DNA of 64,000 bases from positions 10,542,001 through 10,606,000 of the forward strand of contig NC_087252.1 in the NCBI RefSeq assembly GCF_037042905.1, written 5' to 3'. This DNA comes from Lytechinus pictus. Taxonomy: Eukaryota. Positions 39,901-49,981 of the stretch are shown piece after piece. Position numbers and translations under genes: made by a program. The notes under the pieces were generated by a model. It searched no databases. It was given only the letters and a program-made list of their open reading frames with translations, and was not told where the DNA came from. How positions within the stretch are numbered: position 1 is the stretch's first letter; each line of letters starts with the position of its first letter.

Positions 39901-42900
39901 TGCAACTCTCTTTAACATCATTCACCATGCTTACTCTGTTATACTATTCACTCTTTTTCATACTTTATTAACATTGCAGGCTTCAAAACATATTTTTGAG
40001 GCAGATTATTTTGAAGTGAACAATTGGCCCCTAAAGGGGCCGCCACTGCCACAATTGCCCATTATAATGTACATGTAGCCAGCCTTTGGCAAGCTGTACT
40101 CTCATTTGATCCTATTTTGGGGGATTGAAGATTTCCTTTCGTTAACAATACAAAGGATCTCTTGATATAAAGAAATTGATTTCTTGATTTTTTTAATGTT
40201 GACAAAAAGGTGATTCTTGATATCAAGAATGGAATGCGTGATATTAAGATATGATTGGCTTTTATATAGCACGATATCAATCTACCACTGCTCAAAGTGC
40301 TACACAATTATTATTACCCGGTCACTGGTTTCATAGCTTTTTTTAGCAGCCTGTTAGGCACTCACTTGCTAAACCAACCACAATGACGGTTGTTTCCTAC
40401 CGCTACCCAATTGACACCTGGGTTAGAGTGGCAAAGCGTGGATTGGTGCCTTGCCAAAGGATGCTAGGCCATTGTGGGATTTGAGCACATAACCCTCTGA
40501 TTACAAGCCAAGAGTCAGAACCGCTACACCACAACGCTTCCACAGATACACATGTAGGATTAAATAAGAAAACAGCTTGCCATACGTAAGGTCTGTATGT
40601 CCCCATATTCTGGCTAAAAACTTTCAGGTGTGACAACTCCTAAGGTGGAACTTGAAGGATGATAAAGACTATGATACTTTCTATGGTGTCTTTGAGGCCT
40701 GCTATTGTTGCTGGTGTAAAGTGATTATATAACAGCATAATACAAATTTTAAATTGGCCACATTTGTGTGAATACTCTACCATTATATAAATGTATTGTA
40801 AATTGTGGACATGGACACTAAAGATAACACCTGGCATACAGTAATTGACGTGATACTAATAACCAAGACAGATGAGGCTTCTCTTCGTATTATATTGTGA
40901 AACAAATAAACAATTACAACCTTCTCCTGTCAATTTCTTTTGAAATAATATACAAGATTATTAAATGAACTTTGGGATACACATTTAGGGGTATGAAAAC
41001 ATATGGATCTAATTTAAACTAATTTCACATTCACATGTAACCCAGGGAGCCCAGGGGCTTACCGTGTATTTTACCATACTCACGGGACTAGGGTGATTTA
41101 TGGTCTAAATATTTCTCCAAATGAATTGTGAAAACAGAAATTATGCACTTACCACGATTATATGGATGAAGGTCTAACGAGTGGCAGTTTCCTGACAGCT
41201 GGGCACAAACTGGAACCTAAAAAAAAAACGAAAAGTTCTCTCCTTCTACCCCAGTCTCGATCGGCCATTTTGTTACAATTCTCAGCTCCCTGGGTTAATT
41301 CACATGGTGCTACCAAAATTCTCACATATTAATGTTATGATTGCTTGACATTGTTATTACCAGCTTTGTAATTATGATCATGTCATTCATACACTATCAG
41401 TGCATCTTGCATTTAACGATGGTCAACATTGTGATAACATTTTTGACATTGAACACATCTTAATGTAAATCAATAACAGATTTTGATTGGTTCATCTTGT
41501 ACATACAGTATGTAAGGTGTGAAACTGTACATAAACTCAGTAGTCAAATGGTATGGTACAACAAATTTGCATTAATAACCAGTAAAGATATTTTATCTTG
41601 CCCCATTCCATCAAACTCACAATTGATACTTAACCCTATCTACATGTAGGCTGGGGTATTGTGGGAGTTCATATCGCGGGGGGGGGGGGGGGGGGGGGCT
41701 CCCAGCCCCCCCTTGAGATCTCGGCCATCGATGACGCTATTGCAGACCTGCCAACCAGTACGTTTTAGCCGTATTTAGTATGATTTTGCAACCAAAATAC
41801 GGCAGTACGTTTTTTCTTTGAAAAATACGTAAAAAAAAAAAAAAAAAAAAAAAATTTAAACTAAATCGTAATTTATTGAGAAAAATAATCTCTTTATGTC
41901 TCTATTTCATAAAACGTGCACAAATATGGTTATTAGATCAATGTAATATCAGGTAACTTGGTTTTTTTTTTCAATCATTTTGTTCAAACCAGGGTGAAGA
42001 TATACACATGTTTTAATGTGTTTTTTTTCATCTGCAAGAGCAGTGCGCATTTTAGCTTGCATGCAGCTTGAGCGCCGCGATGAGCGAGTGCGCCAAGCAT
42101 TTATTATGAAATACACTTTTTTGGGAAAAATACAGTTTTTTTAATCACAGAATACAGTTTTTCATTCCCAGAGGTTGGCAGGTCTGCTATTGCGCCGAAA
42201 ATTGGCACGTAGGTTGCCTGTTACATAATGTAAAAAATTCTGCATTAATTTATTTCATTGAATTCGCTATTAATTATGCTAATTTATGCATAATTAGTAT
42301 GCGAAATCATACTTTTTCCTCTAATTCTCTAAACAAAGCTCCAAATGTTCTAATTTTTGGTCTAAAAACTCGTTGTGGTGTTCCTAGGAAATGAACGTGA
42401 AAAAATTGCAATATCAGATTAATTTCTTATGTATTTTATTGTTTTTGCAATTTCTTATTATTTCTTTGTTTTTTGGGCCTTTCGTTTTTCATCGATTTTT
42501 CGATGAACATTTTCAGGAACCCTTTTGAGATCATAAACAGCATAAAATAAATCCATTTAGACCAGCAAATCTAAAAGTAATCATACATTTCTGATTTTTG
42601 GTTGAAAACACAATTTGCATTGACTTTGTACACGAAATCATGTTTTTGAGAAATTTTTGCTCTGACATGCACTTACAAAATGTTGCATAATAATTTCAGA
42701 ACCGTGTACCGGGGTGTCTCAAATTTGGTCTCAAAAGATGAGCATGCCTTGAAAATAAAAAGTCTGCGAGCGGCGCGGTAAAAAATTTGCGAGTGGCAAA
42801 AATATTGCGCGAATCGTTGGGGTGGGGGGGCTCCGAGGCCCCCCCCTGCCTAGATAGGGTTAAGTGAGGCAACAAACTTTCCACATTTTCATTTTTCATC

Positions 42901-44124
42901 ACCCTCTGTCTTGAAATTCTTTTATTTCTATCAATGTATGTATGCCTGCACATTCTCTCGATCTATGTTCTGCCTCTTTACTTTTATTCCTTTTCCCCTT
43001 TTCTCTAACTGTACTTTTTGCCCTTCTACTAGCCAAAGACAAGTACTACCATTGTACAAGATAAAGCTCCAACCCCTCTACTTTCCACGGTCACATCTCA
43101 GGGTGATACTACTGAAGAAAATGAAGGGGTTGGTAAAGGATCCAATAAAAGTCAGGTCCTTCAGGTTCTTTCAGATGACAAGAAAGAAGAGGAAAATGGG
43201 CCTGTTGAAGATCAGGTGCAAGAAGTTCCTGCAGAAGCAAGCCTCGAGGAGTCCAAGGAGATCCCAAAAGAGGATGAAGAACATAATTTACAGATTGAAA
43301 GTTTAGTGGATACTGAAAATGCTGAACCTTTGGAAAATAGCATTGCTAACAAGGAGAAAGGTGATTCACAAGAGGCTCTTGTTGAAGATACAAAAGAAGG
43401 AACAGTAGGAGCTGAAGAAGTACTAGGACAACCTGAAGGCAAAGATCCAGAGCAAAGCCAGGATGTAGCTGAGAAGGTCCAAGAACCAAGTGAGATTGAC
43501 CAGGGAGCAAATGACGAAGAGGCAGTGGCTGGTGCCCAACCTCAAGAAGAACCCAGAGGCGAAGTTGCAAAGGACATTGGTGATGAAAATGAGGGTAGGG
43601 ACAGTGGATTAGGGTTTGAAGTACATGTAAATACACCAGATCCAAATGTGCTAGCAAATGAAGATCCCTCAGTTGAGCATGAACAGGATCTGGAAACGTC
43701 AGACCTTAAGGAGCCGGTCACAACCTCACAAGCCAACCTTGGCTCAAATGCAGAAGGGAATCAGGAAACTGCCCTGCCAATTGGACAAAGTCAAGATGAG
43801 AGCATAGAAGGTCAAAATCCAACTGATGCTGCAGGACAAGTCCAGGAGACGCCAGAAGCATCTGAGGTAGCTGACCCCACTGTAGAAGAGACATCAGGTC
43901 AGATCACAGAAGATCCTGCAAAGGAATCCTCAAATGATGGTGATGTGGCACAGGATGAAGCCGAGAGCAAAGAAGAAGATGGTGCAATGGCAGAAGAAGA
44001 AGGTGCAATGGCAGAAGAAGAAGGTAGCCAAAGCAAAGTGGAAGATGGTACAACAGGAGCGGAAGGAGGTGGCGGAGGGGATGAGGAAGGGGGAGGAGTG
44101 GAAGAAGGGAAGGACTCGGCATAG
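13965..44124 (+). CDS. SPA17: Sperm surface protein Sp17-like RIIa-domain, multi-IQ calmodulin-binding protein; join(13965..14118,29703..29773,30287..30483,32727..32925,36559..36903,37257..37388,38583..38987) plus 39811..39822 (504 aa) or 43033..44124 (864 aa)
   Basis: MAVPFSNTKLRVPRGFQNLLEGLAREVLRNQPDNIYAFAAIYFDNLLKMRE followed by QGIDPADIGARHEDRYYNNKAY matches the Sp17 N-terminus (RIIa D/D domain plus DPA..G...EDRFYNN motif). All introns are GT-AG with consistent phases (1,0,2,0,0,0,0). Five IQ motifs. Confidence 0.9.
14803..15280 (+). mobile_element. ~480 bp TIR-type interspersed element, copy 1 (unclassified)
   Basis: Ends TATGATGG..CCCCAAGTCTGCGCAC and TGCGCAGACTTGGGGGAACTTGCCATA; further copies at 25573-26164 (inverted) and 26246-26714. 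Confidence 0.75.
15669..16280 (+). mobile_element. Unclassified ~610 bp insertion with asymmetric inverted repeats and a 164-nt terminal palindrome
   Basis: Interrupts the HINE unit at CAAGTAT|TACTGAACATCC. TTATATAACTCA (15671-82) pairs with TGAGTTATATAA (16103-14). Hairpin at 16116-16279. Confidence 0.7.
17202..17716. mobile_element. Kolobok-type MITE (TTAA TSD, purine termini)
   Basis: TTAA|AAGACAAGTCCACCCCAAGAAAAATG ... CATTTTTCTGGGGTGCACTTGACCT|TTAA. A left-end fragment of the same family is at ~31490. Confidence 0.75.
18177..18772. mobile_element. Kolobok-type MITE with ~190 bp inverted arms
   Basis: TTAA|AAGGATGGTCCGGGCTGAAAATATTTATA ... TATAAATATTTTCAGCCCGGACCATCCCT|TTAA. A left-half copy is at ~30655-30890. 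Confidence 0.85.
21229..21388. mobile_element. 160 bp palindromic PIF/Harbinger-like MITE
   Basis: TTA|TACCTCGGTCACATTTG ... CAAATGTGACCGAGGTA|TTA. Confidence 0.8.
23428..23615 (+). pseudogene. THAP zinc-finger N-terminus, probably of the Kolobok transposase, truncated
   Basis: MPMCQAYGC...SAFSRPNPIRDRERCAQWLHNIG...SRVVCED matches the THAP pattern (CxxxxC, P, W, Cxx[H]). The final His codon is cut by the deletion. Confidence 0.8.
23614..23807 (-). pseudogene. KolX-like protein N-terminus (P2X7 C-terminal-domain-like Cys cluster), truncated
   Basis: MSGPAGYAFQP...DRVGRNDWCRCGNCPVMPTARESI matches YxFxP...R....WCxCGxCxxM....ExxCC, truncated at the expected CC. Confidence 0.75.
25573..26164 (-). 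mobile_element. Copy 2 (inverted, with ~110 bp extra) of the 14803-15280 element
   Basis: Reverse-complement match along its length, e.g. CCCCAAGTCTGCGCAC and GGGCATTTCATGTGA. Confidence 0.75.
26246..26714 (+). mobile_element. Copy 3 of the 14803-15280 element, head-to-head with copy 2
   Basis: Shares GAGAAAGGCTGCATTTTG, TCACATGAAATGCCC and AATAGAATCGCGCAGAT with copy 1. Confidence 0.7.
27015..28510. repeat. 1.5-kb purine-rich (GAA/GGA) low-complexity tract including a pure (GAA)n run at ~27871-27910
   Basis: Direct reading; source of the spurious F/L/S-rich minus-strand ORFs. Confidence 0.9.
29703..29773 (+). CDS. SPA17: SPA17-like coding exon 2
   Basis: Long T tract + TTAG acceptor, CAG|GTCAGT donor; QGIDPADIGARHEDRYYNNKAYQ. 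Too short to appear in the ORF track. Confidence 0.9.
29920..30076. mobile_element. PIF/Harbinger-like MITE
   Basis: CAG|GGGCCCCGTTTCATAAA ... TTTATGAAACGGGGCCC|CAT. Confidence 0.75.
30287..30483 (+). CDS. SPA17: SPA17-like coding exon 3 (two IQ motifs)
   Basis: EAAVKIQSAVRGHQSR and DAAVTIQAAYRGYEARKR; ACAG acceptor, AA|GTGCGT donor. Confidence 0.88.
32727..32925 (+). CDS. SPA17: SPA17-like coding exon 4 (acidic-IQ motif)
   Basis: EEEVDIDLNDPEVEKAAIKIQSSFKGFKTRR; T-tract CTCCAG acceptor, GTG|GTAAGG donor. Confidence 0.88.
34748..34761. promoter_or_regulatory. RFX X-box consensus site in an SPA17 intron
   Basis: GTAACCATGGCAAC matches the 14-bp X-box; function not shown. Confidence 0.4.
36559..36903 (+). 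CDS. SPA17: SPA17-like coding exon 5 (acidic-IQ motif)
   Basis: EEEEVDIDLEDPEVEKAAIKIQAGFKGMMVRK; CCCTACAG acceptor, GCA|GTATGC donor, 115 codons. Confidence 0.87.
37257..37388 (+). CDS. SPA17: SPA17-like coding exon 6 (acidic segment and first half of an IQ motif)
   Basis: EEEEEVDIDLNDPQVQDAAVKIQAGFK; TTTTAG acceptor, AAG|GTACTG donor. Confidence 0.87.
38583..38987 (+). CDS. SPA17: SPA17-like coding exon 7 (second half of IQ motif, Ala/Glu/Pro-rich)
   Basis: GMKVRKQMK...EAAPAEGEAAPAEGEEAAPAE; TTCCAG acceptor, GAG|GTAAGG donor, 135 codons. Confidence 0.87.
39811..39822 (+). CDS. SPA17: Candidate short terminal coding exon (DTA*; exon 39811-39845)
   Basis: CTCTTGTTTTTACAG acceptor, GAT ACA GCA TAA in phase 0, AAG|GTAGGA donor after 39845. 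Confidence 0.6.
   Translation, partial: DTA
40255..40541 (-). mobile_element. tRNA-derived SINE (diverged)
   Basis: Minus strand TGGTGTAGCGG A box, degenerate B box GTGCTCAAATCC, core ACCCAGGTGTCAATTGGGTA, tail GTGCTATATAAAAGCC. Confidence 0.65.
41040..41295. mobile_element. Short TIR element with TA flanks
   Basis: TA|ACCCAGGGAGC ... GCTCCCTGGGT|TA. Confidence 0.6.
41634..42859. mobile_element. piggyBac-like non-autonomous element
   Basis: TTAA|CCCTATCTA(catgta)GGC ... GCCTAGATAGGG|TTAA, with G/C-rich subterminal hairpins at both ends. Confidence 0.85.
41743..42186. mobile_element. MITE nested in the piggyBac-like element
   Basis: Perfect 14-bp TIR CAGACCTGCCAACC/GGTTGGCAGGTCTG with a CTATTG direct repeat (41737-42, 42187-92). 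Confidence 0.85.
43033..44124 (+). CDS. SPA17: Alternative long acidic terminal exon (363 aa, E/D/Q/G-rich, probably disordered)
   Basis: Long pyrimidine tract + CTACTAG acceptor. The phase-0 frame PKTSTTIVQDK... runs into ORF 43216..44124, giving 1092 nt open in AT-rich DNA. Confidence 0.75.
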   Translation, partial: PKTSTTIVQDKAPTPLLSTVTSQGDTTEENEGVGKGSNKSQVLQVLSDDKKEEENGPVEDQVQEVPAEASLEESKEIPKEDEEHNLQIESLVDTENAEPLENSIANKEKGDSQEALVEDTKEGTVGAEEVLGQPEGKDPEQSQDVAEKVQEPSEIDQGANDEEAVAGAQPQEEPRGEVAKDIGDENEGRDSGLGFEVHVNTPDPNVLANEDPSVEHEQDLETSDLKEPVTTSQANLGSNAEGNQETALPIGQSQDESIEGQNPTDAAGQVQETPEASEVADPTVEETSGQITEDPAKESSNDGDVAQDEAESKEEDGAMAEEEGAMAEEEGSQSKVEDGTTGAEGGGGGDEEGGGVEEGKDSA

Positions 44125-47100
44125 CCGTCAAGAAAAAAACAGATATACTACTTTCTCAGGTGGGGGCATTTTGTTAGTTGGGCCTTCATTTTGCCCAGAA
44201 TCAAAGCATGTTTTTCACATTTTCTCCTGGTCATTCCTCTTTGAAGACAGTTTTAGTCTTCCTTTTCTCATTCAAAATCACATTCATAGAATTGAGGAAG
44301 ACATTTTTGTGTGTTTTGTTATATATTACTCATCTTCGTTCAATTATAAACAGTCTTCATTCATTTCATTTCATGAATGCTCTCTAATTAACATTTACAC
44401 CTTTTTCCACTATAAACACCCTTACTCTATTGTTCTAAGAGTTACTGTTTGCATGTTATTTCTCAATATTCATTATTGTTACATTTTCGAAATTCCTTAA
44501 AATGAAGTGAAAACAGTAAATTCATGTTATTCAAAGTTTAGTCTGCACATGTGCCTGAAATGTGTATTGATGATTTGAATGTATTTGTGTGTTTTGTTTT
44601 TATATGATAAGGTCATTTTATCAATGAATTGTACAAGTAACAGGGATATGATTGTTCCTTTCACAATATGATGTTATGCATGGTGTTGTACTTGATTGCC
44701 TTGCTTTTGTGTATGTCTATATTACAAAAGTGATTCTAAGAAGTAATTTTGAGATGTTCATAATGTGAATAATCTGCGTGATGCTCAGGTCGGTGTTCTT
44801 TCATGGTCAGCGGACCAAGGAATGAAAATGCTGGACGGAAATGCGAAACAGCTTGCAATGGCCAGGAAATGTGAGAGAAAGGGCTGTTTTCTAACACATG
44901 TTCATTCATTGCTCTTAACAATGGGTACCCTCCTAGTCTGCGGCCACATACCCTGTGTTGTTTTGCATGGTGCATAATCCAGAGTCTGAAGAATGAGACT
45001 ACATGGAGATTCACTCTTGTACTATGAGTTTGGAGTCTAGTCTCCAATCTTGACATGTTACACATTTACTTTGTTAAAGAGATAAATTTGTGTGTCTTGC
45101 ACAGTATTATGTCGGGACACAAACATTTTGACAGGCCTAGAGAAATTGGCTTTTGGAATGGGGAAATTATAAAGCTATTCATCATTAAGCATTTAGTATT
45201 ATTATTTTTAGACAGATAGACACAGACAGAAAGAGAGAGGAAGAGAGTGCTTTTAATCCCAAAATAATGAAACTTTTAATAACATTGTATTCATATGACT
45301 CTTTCGGTTAATATTTCTTGTGCTGATAGAAATTAATATTTCTATTTCGAAATATTAGAACAGCAGGTATCCAGACAGAATAAGAACATTCCAGAAGAAT
45401 AGTGACTTTATATTCTACAAAATGAATTTTGTTTATAATTTGTTTTATGATTAAAAACTTAATTAATCATTTATCCGGAGCCCATTCCAGGATATCTTGT
45501 TTTCAAAAAAGTAATTTAACATACATTGTAATAGCTGCCATATATGTATGCTGAATAGCTCTGCCTTCAGTATCTTTTCTATAGATTGGTATGTCACAAT
45601 CATTTATATTCATACTCTTGAGACTCCGCAAATTGGTATTAAAATTAATCATAGATGACAATTGACAAGGAAAACTGACATGTTTTAATTTGATGAATGA
45701 ATAACGAGGCCAAAGATATATGTGGACCTCGTAAAACACTTCGGATGGCAGTTTATGAAAAGGTCTGCCCTCTTCATATACGTACAAATAATGAGTTTGA
45801 GTTTCCATATTCCTATACTGAAATTTATTGCCTTTTCGTAATAAAACTAATATGAAGATATTACTCCTCAACTGCATGTATAGCAGATTAAGAACTCATT
45901 GGGAACACTCCTATAGGAGTGTATTAGCAGGTACTCTTGTCATTATCATGTCTGTGGTTAGCCACAGTATGGATATAGCCATGACCACACCATACATAAT
46001 ACATTCCTATGCTTGGACTGAATGAAATGGAATCATTTGTGATCCATGTGACAACACTTTGATAACCAAGTATGGGTAATACTGTTTTATAAGCAAGGGA
46101 AAGGGGGGGGGGTTGTAGGACAATGAGTAGGGGTGGGAAAAGTGCAAAAACATTGAAAAATAGAGAGGGGGTTGGGTAGGGGAAGAAAGGAGAGGGGCAA
46201 AGGGAAAGACGGGGGGGGGGGGGGGGGGGGTGTAGAAAGGGAGTAATGCGGGTCAGACAAAAGGGGCAGGGTTGGGTAGCGGAATGATAGCAAGGGGAGG
46301 GGTAAAGGGTATAGAGGGGGAAGGCCTATAAAATGGAGAGGGAGAAAAGGTGGAAGGTTTGGATCAGGGGAAAGAGAAAATGGGGAGTAACTGCTATATT
46401 TTCAGGTGAAATTATATCTTTACCTTTATTCAAATAAAGTCACTTAAAATTCATTCATATGTCATGCAAGCCTTAGGTCCCACATTTTGGCACTCATTAT
46501 AATCATTCATAAAGTCATTTATAACTTTGCAATCGGCTTTATGAAACATACTCTTGCATAAATATCTGAACTCAAGAAAAACTAGAACTTCATCGCACCA
46601 TTATGGAAATTTCACTCTCCATGTACAACACAGAGTCATCAATGTCCTATTATTTCACTTATTGGATTGGATGCCATGGTGGCGACTTTCTAATAATGTG
46701 GAATTGATTTTTATTAGATATGCCTTTCAAATTATTTTCAAGCATTGGTGTGACATGCTGTTAATTTAACGCCTTCAAATGCCAGTTCATCAGTCAATGT
46801 GACGACATAATCAATATAATAAACACTTGGTTTCATGCTCCAATTTCTACTCATCCTTTTATGTATGTGTCTCTCTATTCCTCCCTCTTTTTTTTCTTGT
46901 CCCTTCCATTCTCTCTTTTGCTCTTTTCCTCCCTCTCCTACCGATAATTATGATGATGATTAATGAATTCACAGATTTTTTAGTTATCAGTTGGAAAGTG
47001 TTATTACATCAACATTTTTCAATATTGTCAATTCTGATACCATTTGTTTCTCATTTGTCCGTTGAGTTCCCACGATTTGAAAATGGTATTATTTCAATAA

Positions 47101-49029
47101 AATAGACATGGAATCAAACTCAATTCATCAAATTCAATGATCTGGGCCCTGTAATACAAAGCTTTAATAGCGATGAATAGCAAATATGAAAGAATACTTC
47201 AGATTGGTTCCTGGTCAGTATTTTGAACCAAATGCATGTGTAGCATTGACCTTGATTGGTCAGTCCATTTTAATAGAGCTATTAATCACTAATCTATGTG
47301 TTACGGAGCCCAGATTGGTATCACTCTCTAAAATTGTAATAACCAATGATGTAAGCAAAAACAAAACAGTGTGAAGGCATGCAAAGATCTTCCATTCTTC
47401 CTTTTCTGGGACACAAAATGCAATCACCTCCCCTCTCACTCTCTTCTTCTCTCTCTTTCCATTACTCTCCAGCTACCTCCTGTTCTATCATGTCCGGGGC
47501 CTTGTAAGATAAAGCTTAGCAATTGATCACAGTGTTGATTTCTACGATTGATTGCATTGACTTTTATGCACAATCAATCGTAAAAATCAGCCTTATGATC
47601 AATCGCTATGGTTTATGATACAGGGTTCAGATCAATCTCTCACTATCCTGACATGTGTCTAGCCAACAGCATCTAACCTTCTAAATTAATATTCAACTCG
47701 GATGACATATTGACATTGATATCACCTCGACGTCAAGCTTCTAGCAAGTGAGGGGAGGAGGAGGAAGGGGGGGGGGGTAAGCGGAGAGATGGATAGAGAG
47801 ATCATGGAAGAGAAGAAGAAAGAGGATGAAAAGATGGAGGAGGATGAGGGGAGTAAAAATGAAGAAGGAAGAGAATTAGATAAAGAAAGAAAAGTTGAGA
47901 CAATCAGGATAGTAGAAATTTATTTATTTATTCATTTATTCATTCATTCTATCATTTATTTTATTTCTGGCAAAAGGAATTCAAGCAATTACAAATATAC
48001 AAGAAAATCAAAAGACGCATCAACCGATGGCAAGGATAGCCAAAAGGACACTAGATCCTATTAAAGGTTCTCCCATCACCAGTTGATAGTTTACAAACAT
48101 CAATAAAAAGACAGAGATTTAAATGTCATCTTAACACATTTATATATATCTAACACAAAAAAAAACATTGAAGCAATAATAGCAAGGTGAAAGAAGAAAA
48201 ATGGTAATTATAGAAGAAAAAATACTAATAAAAGAAGCAGAAGGGGGATGAGGAGGAGGGACAATAACAGTAGAAAGCTTTGAAAGAGATTTTATGAATT
48301 ACAGAAATGTGTAGACTAGTTGACGTGATAATGGTCTTAACACTTTAAAATATGAAAACTTCAATACGCTAAGAAGATCAATTGACCTGGTTAATCAGCA
48401 TTTACCCTCCCCCGCTCTTTTTTGGTTGACTATATGGAAGTAATATTATAAGAGAGCTTGGAAACTTGAAATTACAAACAGAGCGATGCGGAAAAGCTTG
48501 GCAGATAGAGGGCGAAAGACAGACATGGCTTAGGGAGGATAATAAACAATAAGCAGTACGTGAATGAAATCTAATTATGACAGAAGTCAATTTAATATGT
48601 ATTGGATACTCTCCCAAAGATGTGTGCATCGATCCCATCAATTTTCCTCTTCTGTAAAATGGGCTATGACATTTTCTATTGACAGTTTTATTGGAAAGTA
48701 TTGGACTTCTTCCAAATTGGGGAGATGTATGATATTTTTTGTAGTCTTTATCTCATTTAAGTATGAATATCTGAGAGGTTTTGCTTTTAATCTACACAAT
48801 ATTTATAAAGTTGTGTCTAGTAATTTTATTGTCTATTGTCACCTTAACTTTTTATTAAAGGGGCCAATTATGAATACAGAAAACAAACTTTTGGGCGACA
48901 TTATTTCATCCAGATTTCCTTTTCAAATCTGTCAAAGAGAATCTGTATTTTTTCCCCAGAGTTAAGAATTTCTTAGAGATGCAATGATATGATAAATTAA
49001 GAATTCAAATTTTACAACACAATTATATA

Positions 49030-49159
49030 CAGTACCAGTCACCATTTTTTGAATCACTTTTACCTGTTTCAACCAGAAAACAATAGATTTGGTCCACTGA
49101 TTCTATTGTTCTCTGGCTGAAACAGGTATTAGTGAGTCAAAGAATTGTGACTGGTAGTG
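49030..49159. mobile_element. 130 bp palindromic Tc1/mariner-type MITE
   Basis: TA|CAGTACCAGTCAC ... GTGACTGGTAGTG|TA; the arms pair along the whole length. Confidence 0.75.
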
Positions 49160-49981
49160 TAATTAATTATATGCCTCCAGATCAGATATTAATTCACTTC
49201 CTTTAAATTTTTTGATATTTACAATATCTACTGTACTAATAAACAAGCATGTGACAAGCATATAATCATTGACTGAATCAGATTACTTCTGGAACTTTTG
49301 TTTCCAAAAAAAAATCATTAATTTTTTTTTACATAATGTGACTAGATGTATGTTCTTGGGATGTTATATCTAAATATAATAATCTGTATTGGTACATTGC
49401 TTGGAAGTTGTCAAATATGTTTCCATGCAGCTTGCCCCAGTGCATGGCAGTACTGCTTTACATTTTGCAGAAATTCAAAATTTCAACAAAAGCATTTCAG
49501 TTCATTTTTATTACACAAATCATAATACATTTTGCTTCCAAAATGGCAAGTAAAGAGTGGTCAAAATGAAATATGACATGAACGGATTACACTTATTAGT
49601 GTGCGCTTTATCGCATTCAAGGAATGGCACTTAAACTTAATGGTATTTAGCCAAGCGAGGGCTGTCAGACGGATGTAACTTGTATTTGTCAAATTTGAAG
49701 AGACTCAAAGAGTATAATGCCATTGCAAACAAGTCTTTCTCTCTCTTTACGTGTCGACGGGTAATGTCAAGACGTGTTAGAGCTTACTTCAATGAAGGTA
49801 AGTGCTTAAAGGGACTCATTAGAATATAAATAGGCCTGAATGTCTATTGAAATTAAATGTTTTCTTTGTTACTGTACCACATGAACAACTTTATTGCGAA
49901 AATAAGAGTGCCTTTTATTCTTTAAAAAGTATTAAATTGTAATAATGATGAGGATGATAATTATGAGAATGATAGTAATAT

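Noticed and set aside
46090..46390. G-rich tract with a long G run as a functional G-quadruplex
   Set aside because: Similar poly-G/C runs recur throughout the window (e.g. 25379, 41677, 51731), and nothing indicates a specific function.
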